Positions 10,168-21,429 are shown, numbered from the stretch's first letter. The stretch: DNA of 32,000 bases from Candidatus Saccharimonadota bacterium (GCF_016593155.1 NZ_AP023215.1:210001-242000); one strand, 5' to 3'. Notes: generated from the letters alone by a model not told the origin. Translations and numbers: made by a program.

Positions 10168-10242
10168 TAGTGATAGGTGGATTTGAACCACCGACCTCAG
10201 CGTTATGAGTGCTGTGCTCTAACCAAACTGAGCTATATCACC
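10168..10242 (-). tRNA. tRNA with CAU anticodon (elongator Met-like; lysidine-modified Ile2 cannot be excluded)
   Basis: The reverse complement GGTGATA TA GCTC AGTTTGGTTA GAGC A CAGCA CTCATAA CGCTG AGGTC GGTGG TTCAAAT CCACC TATCACT A folds as a cloverleaf. The D-arm is near-identical to E. coli elongator tRNA-Met. CCA is not encoded. Confidence 0.85.
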
Positions 10243-10306
10243 AAAATAATAAAAAAAAACATTATAAAAATAATTATATCAAAAAAATTCGATAAATGAA
10301 AATACG

Positions 10307-11253
10307 TTAAAACGTAGATTTTAAAAGATTTAGTATTTTTTGTACGCAATTTTTTTCTAAACAATCAATGATAATTTTTTCATTCATATTACGAAGCCAT
10401 GTTAACTGTTGTTTTGCTAATTGTCTAGTGGCTATAATACTTTTTTCTTTTAAAGTATTTCGATCAATTAAACCATCTATATATTCCCATGTTTGACGGT
10501 ATCCTATACATTTCATTGATGGTAAATTTAGGTTTAAATTCCATTTTTTACGTATTTTTTTAACTTCATTAATTAATAAATCTTTATCAATCATTTTATT
10601 AAAACGATCTGAAATTCTTTCGTGAAGAATATGACGATTAGATGGTTCTAAAGAAATTAACAATAAACGATAAGGTAATTTTTGTGTAACATTATTTTTA
10701 TTAAAAAAAAAGACATAGGTTTTCCGGTAATTTCAATAACTTCTAAGGCTCGTTGAATTCTTTGTTTATCTTGTGGATTTAAACGGTTAGCAGTGACTGG
10801 ATCTAATAATTTTAATTTATCATATAAAACTGATATACCAAATTTATTAATATCAATATTAAATTGCGCGCGCAATTTTAAGTTAGCTGGAGGTAATTTA
10901 TTTATTCCATCACGTAAAGCTTTAAAATATAACATAGTCCCCCCAACTAATAAAGGTAATTTTTCTTTTTTTAAAATATCTTTAATTGAAAATAATGCAT
11001 CTTCACAAAATTGAATCACTGAATACGACTTAGTTGGTTCAATAATATCTATTAAATGATGAGGCGTCATCTTCCTTTCAATAATACTTGGTTTATTTGT
11101 ACCAATATCCATGTCATAATAAACTAAAGCTGAATCAATAGAAATAATTTCACATGGTATATATTTTGATATTTTAAGTGCAATAGAAGATTTTCCAGAC
11201 GCGGTGGGGCCTAAGATTGCAACTACATATGGTTTATTTTTAACATATTTCAT
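10307..11253 (-). pseudogene. miaA: tRNA dimethylallyltransferase MiaA, interrupted by a 1-nt frameshift in a 9-nt homopolymer
   Basis: Two adjacent ORFs (10657-11253, with P-loop GPTASGKSS, and 10307-10663, with GYRQTWEY / ATRQLAKQQLTWLRN) together make a full-length MiaA (about 316 aa). The frames switch at the A9 run at 10703-10711 (T9 on the coding strand). Reading it as T10 gives a continuous ...TGKPMSFFFNKNNVTQKLPYRLLLISLEPSNRHILHERI... Confidence 0.85.
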
Positions 11254-11488
11254 AAAAAATATTTTTATCTAAAAGAAACTTAATGAATTTATTTTTTATA
11301 ATCTTTTGAAGGGTTTTATATAAAAAATTTATTTTAATCTATAAAATATAATTTTATTAATAAATTTTTTTAAATAATTTTTAAAATATCTTTAATTTTT
11401 TAAAAAAGTAGTTTACTATATAATTAAAAATATTGATTACATATAAATTTTATGAAATTCTAAACCTTATAATAAAATATAAAATTAA

Positions 11489-12373
11489 TTGAAAAAAATG
11501 TTAATTAATATAATAAGAAAATATAAAATATTTTTATTTTTAATTTTTCCTTTATTTTTTGAAGGGTGTAAAGCTGTTTTATTATCTCCCTCTGGTGATA
11601 TTGCATTACAACAACGTAATATTATTATTATTTCAATGATTTTAGTATTAATAATTATTGTTCCAGTAATGTTGTTAACAATTTTTTTTAGTTGGTATTA
11701 CCGATCCTCTAATATTAATGCCACTTATTCTCCGGAATGGGGGGATTCAAATAAATTGGAATATTTAATTTGGTCTATACCAGTACTTATTATACTTATA
11801 CTTGGTACAATTACATGGATAAGTACACATAAATTAGATCCATATCAACCATTATCTCGTATCAGTAGTAAATATAAAAATATATCACCTAATATAAAAC
11901 CATTAATAGTAGAAGTAGTGTCACTAGATTGGAAATGGTTATTTTTTTATCCACAACAAGGTATTGCTACTATTAATGAATTAGCTGCGCCAATAAATTA
12001 TCCAATTGAATTTAAAATTACATCATCCAATATGATGAATTCTTTTTTTATACCCGCATTAGCGGGACAAATTTATACCATGCCAGGAATGGAAACTAAA
12101 TTACACGCAGTAATTAATAAAATTGGTAAATATGAAGGATTTTCTTCTAATTACAGTGGATTAGGATTCTCTGGAATGAGATTTAAATTTTATGGAATGA
12201 ATAAAAAAAATTTTAATTTATGGATAAAAAATATCAAAAATAATACTCCTAAAATTATTTTAAATAAAGAAATTTATACTAAACTTTTAAAGCCAAGTCA
12301 ATATGATCCTGTTTATTATTATGCTAATGTTTTACCTAATTTATATGAATATATTCTTAATAAAAAAGAATAG
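11489..12373 (+). CDS. cyoA: cytochrome bo3 ubiquinol oxidase subunit II
   Basis: 294 aa. It has a lipoprotein-type signal (LFFEGC), two TM segments and a cupredoxin-like domain, and is the first gene of cyoABCD. The start is either TTG 11489 or ATG 11498. Confidence 0.9.
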   Translation: MKKMLINIIRKYKIFLFLIFPLFFEGCKAVLLSPSGDIALQQRNIIIISMILVLIIIVPVMLLTIFFSWYYRSSNINATYSPEWGDSNKLEYLIWSIPVLIILILGTITWISTHKLDPYQPLSRISSKYKNISPNIKPLIVEVVSLDWKWLFFYPQQGIATINELAAPINYPIEFKITSSNMMNSFFIPALAGQIYTMPGMETKLHAVINKIGKYEGFSSNYSGLGFSGMRFKFYGMNKKNFNLWIKNIKNNTPKIILNKEIYTKLLKPSQYDPVYYYANVLPNLYEYILNKKE

Positions 12374-12436
12374 ATTATATAAAATTAATGATAATACCTT
12401 TTAAAAATAACATTTTATTTTGAAAATTATAATTTT

Positions 12437-14425
12437 ATGTTTAAAAATATAAATTTTTACCAATTAATATTAGGGCGCCTTACTTGGGATGCAATTCCTT
12501 TACATGACCCAATTTTATTAGCAACTTTTTTTATGGTTTTAATAGTTGGTTTAACTATACTTGGCTTAATAACTTATTACCATTTTTGGGGTTATATATG
12601 GAAAGAATGGTTTACTAGTATTGATCATAAAAAAATTGGTATTATGTATATTATTCTTGGTTTAATTATGTTATTCCGAGGATTTACAGATGCTGTTATG
12701 ATGCGTCTGCAACAAGCAATTTCCTTTGGAAATTCTTTTGGTTATTTACCTCCAGAGCATTATAACCAAATCTTTACTGCACATGGTGTAATTATGATAT
12801 TTTTTGTTGCTATGCCATTAGTTACTGGAATAATAAATTTTATCGTTCCATTACAAATTGGAGCAAGAGATGTCGCGTTTCCATTTTTAAATAATCTTAG
12901 TTTTTGGATGACTACTGGTGGAGCTATACTTGTAATGATCTCTTTATTTATTGGAGAATTCGCAAGTACCGGATGGCTAGGTTATCCACCTCTTTCTGGT
13001 ATTGCTCAAAGCCCAGGAGTTGGAGTTGATTATTATATCTGGTCATTACAAATTGCTAGTATTGGCACATTGTTATCTGGTATTAATATAATTGCTACCA
13101 TTATTAAAATGCGTGCACCAGGAATGAAATTAATGAATATGCCAATTTTTACGTGGACTGCATTATGCGCTAATGTACTAATTGTTGCCGCTTTTCCTGT
13201 GCTAACTTCTGTGTTATTTTTATCGGCGTTAGATCGTTATATTGGTACTCATTTTTTTACCAATGATCTTGGTGGAAATATTATGATGTATGTTAATCTT
13301 ATATGGATTTGGGGGCATCCTGAAGTATATATTTTAGTTTTACCGGTATTCGGTATTTTTTCTGAAGTAGTGTCAACATTCAGTAGTAAAAGATTATTTG
13401 GTTATTCTTCTATGGTTTATGCGACAGTTGTGATCACTTTATTATCTTATATAGTTTGGTTACATCATTTTTTTACTATGGGATCTGGTGCGAATGTTAA
13501 TGCATTTTTTGGTATAACTACTATGATTATTTCAATACCAACTGGCGCAAAAATATTTAATTGGCTTTTCACTATGTATCGTGGTCGTATACGATTTGAG
13601 GTACCTATACTATGGACTATAGGTTTTATGATAACATTTGTTATAGGAGGAATGGCTGGTGTTATATTAGCAGTTCCAGCAGCAAATTTCTTATTACATA
13701 ATAGTTTATTTTTAGTTGCTCACTTTCATAATGTAATTATTGGAGGCGTATTATTTGGTTTAATGTCTGGAATCAATTACTGGTTTCCAAAGGCATTTGG
13801 TTATAAATTAGAACCATTTTGGGGAAAATGTTCATTTTGGTTTTGGTTAATTGGTTTTTATGTGGCATTTATGCCATTATATATACTTGGTTTTATGGGA
13901 GTTACTCGTCGTATGAGTCATTTTGAGGATTTCTCATTAAAAATTTGGTTTCAAATTGCCGCGTTCGGTACACTATTAATAGCAATAGGTATTATTAGTT
14001 TTGTAATACAATTAATAGTTAGTTATCATAAACGACATATATTAATTGATATTACAGGAGACCCATGGAATGGTAGAACTTTAGAATGGTCCACCTCTTC
14101 TCCCCCGCCGGTTTATAATTTCGCATTTATACCATTAATACATCAATCTGATGCCTGGTGGTATATGAAAAAAAATAATTTTAAGTTTCCAAAGGATGAA
14201 TTTCAAGATATTCTTATGCCAAAAAATACTAATATTGGCATTTTAGTTTCTATTTTCTCTTTAATTATGGGGTTTGCATTAGTATGGCATATGTGGTTAT
14301 TGACTATAATATCATTTATTATTACACTAATGATAGTGATATATCATACCTTTAATTATAAAAGAAACTATTACATTTCTTCCAAAGAAATCACTTGTAT
14401 TGAAAAAAAACGTATATTATCATAA
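12437..14425 (+). CDS. cyoB: cytochrome bo3 ubiquinol oxidase subunit I
   Basis: 662 aa heme-copper oxidase subunit I, with [19 protein letters not shown] and [11 protein letters not shown]. Confidence 0.95.
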   Translation: MFKNINFYQLILGRLTWDAIPLHDPILLATFFMVLIVGLTILGLITYYHFWGYIWKEWFTSIDHKKIGIMYIILGLIMLFRGFTDAVMMRLQQAISFGNSFGYLPPEHYNQIFTAHGVIMIFFVAMPLVTGIINFIVPLQIGARDVAFPFLNNLSFWMTTGGAILVMISLFIGEFASTGWLGYPPLSGIAQSPGVGVDYYIWSLQIASIGTLLSGINIIATIIKMRAPGMKLMNMPIFTWTALCANVLIVAAFPVLTSVLFLSALDRYIGTHFFTNDLGGNIMMYVNLIWIWGHPEVYILVLPVFGIFSEVVSTFSSKRLFGYSSMVYATVVITLLSYIVWLHHFFTMGSGANVNAFFGITTMIISIPTGAKIFNWLFTMYRGRIRFEVPILWTIGFMITFVIGGMAGVILAVPAANFLLHNSLFLVAHFHNVIIGGVLFGLMSGINYWFPKAFGYKLEPFWGKCSFWFWLIGFYVAFMPLYILGFMGVTRRMSHFEDFSLKIWFQIAAFGTLLIAIGIISFVIQLIVSYHKRHILIDITGDPWNGRTLEWSTSSPPPVYNFAFIPLIHQSDAWWYMKKNNFKFPKDEFQDILMPKNTNIGILVSIFSLIMGFALVWHMWLLTIISFIITLMIVIYHTFNYKRNYYISSKEITCIEKKRILS

Positions 14426-14429
14426 GATT

Positions 14430-15074
14430 ATGATACCTAAAACTACTAATAATTTCTCTAAAAATTACTTAAAAAATAAAAAAAATACAAATTATTATAT
14501 AACTCATACATCAAGTCATGAAAATTCTACTATTTTAGGATTTTGGTTATATTTAATGAGTGATTGTTTAATTTTTTCGTCTTTATTTGCAATTTATGCT
14601 GTATTAGGTCATAATTATGCAGGAGGACCAACTGCAATTCAAATATTTCGACTTCCATCAGTTGTCATAAATACAATAATTTTACTATTATCTTCATTAA
14701 GTTGTGGTTTCGCAATTATACAAGTACAAAAAAAATATGTAAATTGGGTCATTTTTTGGTTATCAATTACTGTTTTATTAGGTATTTTTTTTGTTATTTT
14801 AGAATTAAATGAATTTATTGAATTAATTAATAAAAATTTTGGTCCATGGCGGAGTGCTTTTTTATCATCATTTTTTGTTTTAATAGGTGTACATGGATTA
14901 CATATTATTTTTGGTATAATCTGGTTAATTACTTTAATTTTACAAATTAAAAAATATAATTTAATTTTAGAAAATCAACGTAGAATAATTTGTTTATCTA
15001 TGTTTTGGCATTTTTTAGATATTATTTGGATTGGTATATTTACATTTATATATTTAATGGGAATATTGTCGTAG
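14430..15074 (+). CDS. cyoC: cytochrome bo3 ubiquinol oxidase subunit III
   Basis: The membrane protein follows cyoB and has a subunit III pattern (GFWLYLMSDCLIFSSLFA ... WHFLDIIWI). I prefer ATG 14430, 5 nt after the cyoB stop, over the track's TTG 14400, which would overlap cyoB by 26 nt. Confidence 0.88.
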   Translation: MIPKTTNNFSKNYLKNKKNTNYYITHTSSHENSTILGFWLYLMSDCLIFSSLFAIYAVLGHNYAGGPTAIQIFRLPSVVINTIILLLSSLSCGFAIIQVQKKYVNWVIFWLSITVLLGIFFVILELNEFIELINKNFGPWRSAFLSSFFVLIGVHGLHIIFGIIWLITLILQIKKYNLILENQRRIICLSMFWHFLDIIWIGIFTFIYLMGILS

Positions 15075-15102
15075 ATTAAAATAATTTTTTATAAAAATAA
15101 AT

Positions 15103-15459
15103 ATGTATACTAAAAAATATAAAAATAATTTTTACAAAGATACTTTTTTCTTTGGAACAATAAAGGATTATATAATTGGTTTTTTTTTATCACTAATTTT
15201 AACAGTTATTCCATTTATAATTTCTTTTAATAAAAATAATAATTTTTTAAATGTAAATATTATTAAATTTATAATTTTAAGTTGCGCGATTTTACAAATT
15301 ATCATTCATATGATCTATTTTCTTCATATGAATATTAAATCTGAAAACGGATGGATTATATTATCGTTTATTTTTACATTAATATTAATAGTAATAATGT
15401 TTTTTGGATCAATTTGGGTTATGTATCACTTAAATCATAATATGATGCCTAATATGTAA
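15103..15459 (+). CDS. cyoD: cytochrome bo3 ubiquinol oxidase subunit IV
   Basis: 118 aa protein with three TM segments in the cyoD position of the operon. Sequence conservation is weak, so the call rests mostly on synteny and topology. Confidence 0.72.
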   Translation: MYTKKYKNNFYKDTFFFGTIKDYIIGFFLSLILTVIPFIISFNKNNNFLNVNIIKFIILSCAILQIIIHMIYFLHMNIKSENGWIILSFIFTLILIVIMFFGSIWVMYHLNHNMMPNM

Positions 15460-15480
15460 TAAATTTATTTAAATAAAAAT

Positions 15481-16320
15481 TTAACTTATTCTTCCTTGAG
15501 TAACTCTTTCGATTCCAGAAAGATCGCGCCAACTTTTTATATTATTAAAACCATATTGAAAAAATAATTTTCTAACTAAATTTGATTGATTATAACCATG
15601 TTCTATTAATAATAACCCATCATTCACAAGATATTTTGATGCATTTTTTATGATTTCTTTTATTGATGATAATCCATCGGAATAATCAGTTAAAGCCTTA
15701 ATTGGCTCAAAACGTAAATCACCTTTATTTAAATGAATATCTCCTTTTGAAATATATGGTGGATTAGAAACAATAATATTAAATAATTTTTTATAATTTT
15801 GTAAATTATTATACCAATTACTTTTTATAAATTTAATTGGAATATTATATTTAGTTAATTTTTTTTGTGCATTTTTTTTTGCTATTTTTAAGGAATATTC
15901 ATTAATATCAGTAGCAATAATTTCAATTTTATTTTTAGAATATACAGCTATTGCGATAGCAATAGCCCCGGATCCAGTCCCTATTTCTAGTAATTTTATT
16001 TTTTTTTCAAAATTTTTTTTTATAATTAAATCTACCAATAATTCGGTTTCGGGTCTTGGAATAAAAACATCTGAAGTTATATTTAATACTAATCCATAAA
16101 ATTCCTTTTTACCGATAATATATGCAATTGGTTCTCCTAATACACGTCTTTGAATTAATTTATTCAAAATATTTATTTCCTGCTTATGTAATTCTTTTTC
16201 GTGATTAATAATTAATTCTACTTCAGATAATTTGGTAACATATTTTAATAAAATATTAGTTTCAAATATATTAAGTGATGAATTTTGTTGTAATGTAAAA
16301 ATAGTATTTTTTTTTAACAT
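15481..16320 (-). CDS. prmC: release-factor glutamine N5-methyltransferase
   Basis: 279 aa. It has the SAM motif LEIGTGSGAIAIA and the catalytic IVSNPPYI, and lies immediately downstream of prfA. Confidence 0.9.
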   Translation of the reverse strand: MLKKNTIFTLQQNSSLNIFETNILLKYVTKLSEVELIINHEKELHKQEINILNKLIQRRVLGEPIAYIIGKKEFYGLVLNITSDVFIPRPETELLVDLIIKKNFEKKIKLLEIGTGSGAIAIAIAVYSKNKIEIIATDINEYSLKIAKKNAQKKLTKYNIPIKFIKSNWYNNLQNYKKLFNIIVSNPPYISKGDIHLNKGDLRFEPIKALTDYSDGLSSIKEIIKNASKYLVNDGLLLIEHGYNQSNLVRKLFFQYGFNNIKSWRDLSGIERVTQGRIS

Positions 16321-16329
16321 AATAAATTT

Positions 16330-17409
16330 TTATTTTGAGAATAAATTTTCTATTAAATTAGATTGATGCTCTATTAATAATGCATTAATAATTTCTTCTA
16401 AATCCCCGTCCATTATATAATCAAGTTTATATAATGTTAAATTAATGCGATGATCCGTCATTCTTCCTTGAGGAAAATTATAAGTACGAATACGCTCACT
16501 TCGATCCCCCGATCCAATTAATAATCTACGTATTTCCGCTGTATTAGACTGTTGCTCACGTAATTTAGAGTCTTTAATTCGAGCTGAAAGAATTTTTAAT
16601 GCAAATGCTTTATTTTTATGTTGACTACGATCGTTTTGACATTGAACAACAATACCAGTTGGAATATGCGTAATACGAACCGCTGAATCAGTTTTATTAA
16701 TATGCTGTCCACCTGCTCCTGATGCACGATAAGTATCTATTCGCAAATCAGAGGGATCAATATTTATATCTTCAATTTCATCTGATTCAGGTATTACAGC
16801 TACTGTACAAGCTGATGTATGAACACGACCTTGAGTTTCTGTTTTTGGTACACGTTGAACCCTATGAACACCGGATTCAAATTTTAATTTTGAATATACG
16901 TTCAAACCAATAATACGTATAATAACTTCTTTATATCCCCCAATTTCAGAAAGAGATCTAGATATTATTTCAAATTTCCAATAATTTCGTTCAGAAAATC
17001 GTGTATACATTTTCAATAAATCATTAACAAATAATGCAGATTCATCTCCCCCGGTTCCAGCCCGAATTTCTATAAAAATATTCCGTTTATCATTTTTATC
17101 TTTTGGTAAAATTAATTTTTTTAACTCTAATTCAATATCAAATATACGTTTTTTTGCTAAATTCAATTCATCTAAAGCAAAATTTTTCATTTCTAAATCA
17201 TTTAACATTTCTTTTGCTGTTATAATATCCTCATTTATTTTTTTATAATTATTGTAAAGTTCTACAATAGGATATAAAAGAGCATGCTCACGTGCTTTTT
17301 TACAATAATCTTTAATATTATTATGAATTTCTTCCTGTGTTAGTAAAAAATCTAATTCTTTTAATCGTTTTGAAAATTTTTCAAGTCTAGAGAGCATTAA
17401 AGGTTTCAT
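16330..17409 (-). CDS. prfA: peptide chain release factor 1
   Basis: 359 aa. It has the GGQ motif ([21 protein letters not shown]) and a PxT-type recognition loop ([14 protein letters not shown]). Confidence 0.95.
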   Translation of the reverse strand: MKPLMLSRLEKFSKRLKELDFLLTQEEIHNNIKDYCKKAREHALLYPIVELYNNYKKINEDIITAKEMLNDLEMKNFALDELNLAKKRIFDIELELKKLILPKDKNDKRNIFIEIRAGTGGDESALFVNDLLKMYTRFSERNYWKFEIISRSLSEIGGYKEVIIRIIGLNVYSKLKFESGVHRVQRVPKTETQGRVHTSACTVAVIPESDEIEDINIDPSDLRIDTYRASGAGGQHINKTDSAVRITHIPTGIVVQCQNDRSQHKNKAFALKILSARIKDSKLREQQSNTAEIRRLLIGSGDRSERIRTYNFPQGRMTDHRINLTLYKLDYIMDGDLEEIINALLIEHQSNLIENLFSK

Positions 17410-17626
17410 AATCTTATTGAGTATTAAAAGGAAAAATATAATAATTTTTATAAAAATGTAAATATTAATTAATAAAATATTTTTTTCAATATTATAAATT
17501 TCATTTATAATATAAATACATTTTATACAGAATTTTAATTAAATTAATTTTAAAATAAATAAATTTATTTTTTATTTTAATTAAAATATGAAATATTTAA
17601 TAATATTAACTTAAAAACTTTTTCTA

Positions 17627-18925
17627 GTGAATATCATAATTATTATAGGATTAATTTTTTTAAACGGAATTTTTTCAATGTCCGAGATTGCAATAATTAC
17701 ATCTAAACGTGTAAGATTAAAAAAATTAATTGAAAAAGGTAGTATTGGTGCTTTATCAGCACTTATTCTTTCTGAAAATCCAATTCATTTTTTTTCAACA
17801 ATTCAAATTGGTATTACTTTAATTAGTATTTTTAATGGAGCATTTGGAGAGGCATCTTTAGTTGCTTCTCTTACACCTAAAATAGAATTTTTTTCATTAA
17901 TGAGACCTTATGCGCATGAAATCTCATTAATTATTGTGGTATTTAGTATTACTTTTTTTTCATTAATTTTCGGAGAATTAATTCCAAAACGTATTGCTAT
18001 GCAATATTCGGAAAAAGTTGCTTCTATAATTTCTCCCTTAATGTTATTTTTATTAAAATTAATGGGGCCATTTGTTAAAATATTAACAATTAGCACTGAA
18101 TCTATTTTAGATATATTAAATATCAAATACAAAAAAAATGATTTAATAACAGAAGAAGAGATCTCTAAATTATTTCGTGAAGGCGTTGATATTGGAATTT
18201 TTAATAAAATAGAATATAACATTGCGTCTCGTGCTTTAAAACTTGATGATCAATGTGTAATAGCCTTAATGACACCTCGTATGAAAGTAAATTTTATTGA
18301 TATTGATGATGATATTGAAAAAAATTTAATTAAAATTTTCAATAGTTCTTATAATTATTTTCCGGTTTATAAAAAAAGTATTTCTCAAATAATTGGTACT
18401 CTGAATACTAAAACTTTATTTAAAAAAATTATTTTTAATCGTTCAATTATAAATATTGATATTGCTTCTGCTGTACAACCTCCATTATTTATACCGGAAA
18501 CAATTAGCATCATGCAACTGCTAGAAACACTTAAAAAAAATAAATCCGAATTATCATTGGTAATTGATGAATATGGTGAAATTGAAGGAATAATTACTAT
18601 TAACGATATAATTCATTCTTTAATAGAAGATATATCAGATAATATCTATCAAGAAGAAATAGAATTTTGTGAAGATGGATCTTGGATAATAAATGCTAGT
18701 ATGACATTTGATCGATTTCAGGAATTATTATCAACTCAAGTAAATTTTCCAATAAAAAATTCTAGAAATTATCATACATTAGCTGGTTTTGTAATGACAT
18801 TTCTTGGTCATATCCCAAGAATATCAGAAAATTTTACATGGAAAAATTTAAAAATAGAAGTAATTGATATGAATAATAATCGAATAGAACGTCTTTTAAT
18901 AACTATATTAAAAAATAAAAAATAA
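17627..18925 (+). CDS. CNNM/TlyC-family membrane protein (DUF21 - CBS pair - CorC/HlyC C-terminal domain), 'hemolysin-like' putative ion transporter
   Basis: 432 aa with a GTG start. The N-terminal 4-TM DUF21 carries GELIPKRIA. It is followed by a CBS-pair region and a C-terminal transporter-associated domain (GFVMTFLGHIP...). Confidence 0.8.
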   Translation: MNIIIIIGLIFLNGIFSMSEIAIITSKRVRLKKLIEKGSIGALSALILSENPIHFFSTIQIGITLISIFNGAFGEASLVASLTPKIEFFSLMRPYAHEISLIIVVFSITFFSLIFGELIPKRIAMQYSEKVASIISPLMLFLLKLMGPFVKILTISTESILDILNIKYKKNDLITEEEISKLFREGVDIGIFNKIEYNIASRALKLDDQCVIALMTPRMKVNFIDIDDDIEKNLIKIFNSSYNYFPVYKKSISQIIGTLNTKTLFKKIIFNRSIINIDIASAVQPPLFIPETISIMQLLETLKKNKSELSLVIDEYGEIEGIITINDIIHSLIEDISDNIYQEEIEFCEDGSWIINASMTFDRFQELLSTQVNFPIKNSRNYHTLAGFVMTFLGHIPRISENFTWKNLKIEVIDMNNNRIERLLITILKNKK

Positions 18926-18939
18926 ATATTAATTAATTT

Positions 18940-21171
18940 TTATATTAAATTTAATAATTTATTAAAAGTTTTACTAGGACGCATTGCATTATTTATTAAT
19001 TTATTAATTGGCATAAAATAACCACCAATGTTTACTGATTTTCCTTGAATATCTTTAAATTCTTTAATAATTTTATTTTGATTCTTCATTAAAGCATTAA
19101 AAAAAGGAGTAAAGAAATAATTTAAATCTTTATCTAATTTTTGTGTTATTAATGCTTGTGCCCAATATATTGTTAAATAAAATTGACTTTCTCTAGTATC
19201 TAATTCATTAACAATCGGTGATGGTAATTTATTGTAATCAAGTAATTTGTTAATAGCTATTTCTAATGTTTTTGAAAGAATATTAGCTTTTTTATTATTT
19301 GTTTTTATAAAAAGACATTCCAAAGAAGATAATAAAGCTAAAAATTCGCCTAATGAATCCCACCTTAAATGATTTTCTCTTAAAAATTGCTCAACATGTT
19401 TGGGGGCAGAACCACCGGAACCTGTTTCAAATAAACTTCCACCAGATAATAATGGAATAATGGATAACATTTTAGAGCTAGTGCCTAATTCTAATATTGG
19501 AAATAAATCAGTTAAATAATCACGTAAAACATTTCCTGTTACAGAAATAGTATCTTGACCATTAATTAAGCGTTTTAATGTAAAATTCATGGCATCAATT
19601 TTAGACATAATTTGAATATTTTTTATATCTTTTATATTATATTTTTTAAAAAACGATCTAATTTTTTTAATTATCTCGAATTCATGTGGACGCTTAGTAT
19701 CTAACCAAAATATTGTTGGTATATTAGTTTGTTTTGCTCGATTAATTGCTAATATAATCCAATTTTTAATTGATTCATCTTTTGTTTGACATACTCTCCA
19801 GATATCACCTTTTTTAACATGTTGCTCAATTAAAACATCATTATTATAAATATCAACAATTCTAGCTATACCGTCGTAAGGAATTTTAAAAGTTTTATCA
19901 TGTGAACCATATTCTTCAGATTTTTGAGCCATTAATCCAATATTTTGCACTGTTCCCATTATTGATGGATCTAAATTATTTTTTTTACAAAAATTAATAA
20001 TTTCTTGATAAATTTTAGCAAATGTACTATCAGGAATAAGAGCTTTAGTTTCTTTTTCATTACCAATTTTATCCCACATTTTCCCTCCATTTCGTATCAT
20101 AGTAGCCATAGAAGAATCGATAATTATATGATTTGGTGCATGTAAATTACTAATTCCTTTTTTTATATCAACCATTGCAAATGAAGGCCCATTAATATTG
20201 CATTTTTTTATATCATACATTATTTCCTCATATTTATTTTTTGGTAAAATTTTTATTTTATTGAATAAGCTACTTAAACCATTATTTATATTAATATTTA
20301 ATTTTTTAAATATTTTTTCATGTTTTATAAAAACATTTTTATAAAAAGTTTTTATTGCATATCCAAAAATAATTGGATCTGACTTTTTCATCATAGTGGA
20401 CTTTAAATGTAATGATAATAAAAGATCATTTTTATGTGCATGTTTTATTTGATTTTCATAAAAATCACATAATAATTTTTTACTTAAAAATGAGCTATCA
20501 AGGATTTCATCTTTTAATAATGATATTTTTTTATTTAAAATAAGAATTTTTTTATTACTATACAGTAATTCCATTCTAATATTACAAGATTTATTTAATG
20601 TAATGCTTTTTTCATTAGCATAAAAATCACCTTTATTCATACACGAAACATGCGTCTTAGAATTAGGGCTCCATTTTTTTATATAATATGGATTTTTACG
20701 TGCATGGTTTTTAATTGATACCGGTATTCGACGATCTGAATTACCTTCTCTTAATATTGGATTAACTACACTGCCGATTAATTGAGAATATTTTATTTTT
20801 ATTAATTTTTCTTTTTCAGTTTTAGGATTTTCGGGAAAATCAGGAATCTTATAACCATGTAATTGTAATTCGGAAATCACATTAATTAATTGTGGTAATG
20901 ATGCGCTAATATTTGGTAATTTAATAATATTGATATATGGTTTTATAATTAATTGACTCAATTTATATAAATCATCTGAAATTTTTTGATCTTCTCTTAA
21001 ATAAGAAGAAAATTTAGATAATGTTCTAGCAGCTATTGAAATATTACTACTAATAATTTCGATAGCCGCTGGTTTAGTAAATTTTTTAATAATAGGAAAA
21101 AGAGAATAAGTTGCTAACATGGGTGCTTCATCAGTTAATGTATAAAAAATAGTTGATCTATTAATAGTCAT
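18940..21171 (-). CDS. icd: isocitrate dehydrogenase (NADP), monomeric type
   Basis: 743 aa. The N-terminus IFYTLTDEAPMLATYSLFPIIKKF matches the monomeric IDH family (Azotobacter/Corynebacterium type). Confidence 0.93.
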   Translation of the reverse strand: MTINRSTIFYTLTDEAPMLATYSLFPIIKKFTKPAAIEIISSNISIAARTLSKFSSYLREDQKISDDLYKLSQLIIKPYINIIKLPNISASLPQLINVISELQLHGYKIPDFPENPKTEKEKLIKIKYSQLIGSVVNPILREGNSDRRIPVSIKNHARKNPYYIKKWSPNSKTHVSCMNKGDFYANEKSITLNKSCNIRMELLYSNKKILILNKKISLLKDEILDSSFLSKKLLCDFYENQIKHAHKNDLLLSLHLKSTMMKKSDPIIFGYAIKTFYKNVFIKHEKIFKKLNININNGLSSLFNKIKILPKNKYEEIMYDIKKCNINGPSFAMVDIKKGISNLHAPNHIIIDSSMATMIRNGGKMWDKIGNEKETKALIPDSTFAKIYQEIINFCKKNNLDPSIMGTVQNIGLMAQKSEEYGSHDKTFKIPYDGIARIVDIYNNDVLIEQHVKKGDIWRVCQTKDESIKNWIILAINRAKQTNIPTIFWLDTKRPHEFEIIKKIRSFFKKYNIKDIKNIQIMSKIDAMNFTLKRLINGQDTISVTGNVLRDYLTDLFPILELGTSSKMLSIIPLLSGGSLFETGSGGSAPKHVEQFLRENHLRWDSLGEFLALLSSLECLFIKTNNKKANILSKTLEIAINKLLDYNKLPSPIVNELDTRESQFYLTIYWAQALITQKLDKDLNYFFTPFFNALMKNQNKIIKEFKDIQGKSVNIGGYFMPINKLINNAMRPSKTFNKLLNLI

Positions 21172-21248
21172 TATTTTATAAATCCTTTGTATTTTTAATT
21201 ATTCTGAATAATTTAAATTGTTTTATAAAATCAGAATTTGAATTTTTT

Positions 21249-21337
21249 TGGAGAGAGAGGGATTTGAACCCTCGATAAGTTTTTTAACTTATACACGCTT
21301 TCCAGGCGTGCGACTTAAACCGCTCATCCATCTCTCC
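21249..21337 (-). tRNA. tRNA-Ser (GGA anticodon)
   Basis: The reverse complement is GGAGAGA TG ... CACGC CTGGAAA GCGTG, then a long variable arm TATAAGTTAAAAAACTTATC, then GAGGG TTCAAAT CCCTC TCTCTCC A. This is a class II tRNA with anticodon GGA. Confidence 0.9.
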
Positions 21338-21429
21338 TTGATTATAAATTTTAAAAAATATAATTAAATATATAATTAATATTATTTAAATTTAAGAATG
21401 AAAAATTATATATTTAATTAATTTAAATT

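Noticed and set aside
14400-14429. TTG 14400 as the cyoC start (as in the ORF track)
   Set aside because: It would overlap cyoB by 26 nt and add a non-conserved [10 protein letters not shown] extension. ATG 14430, just after the cyoB stop, is more plausible, though this is not proven.
475-18222. Internal or antisense short ORFs: 475-660(-), 1448-1762(-), 6218-6436(+), 6956-7138(+), 9820-10092(-), 10793-11014(+), 16722-16913(+), 17908-18222(-)
   Set aside because: Each lies wholly inside a well-supported longer gene (dusA, ribBA, aceE, lpdA, miaA, prfA, CBS transporter), either in another frame or on the other strand. None has family-like sequence.
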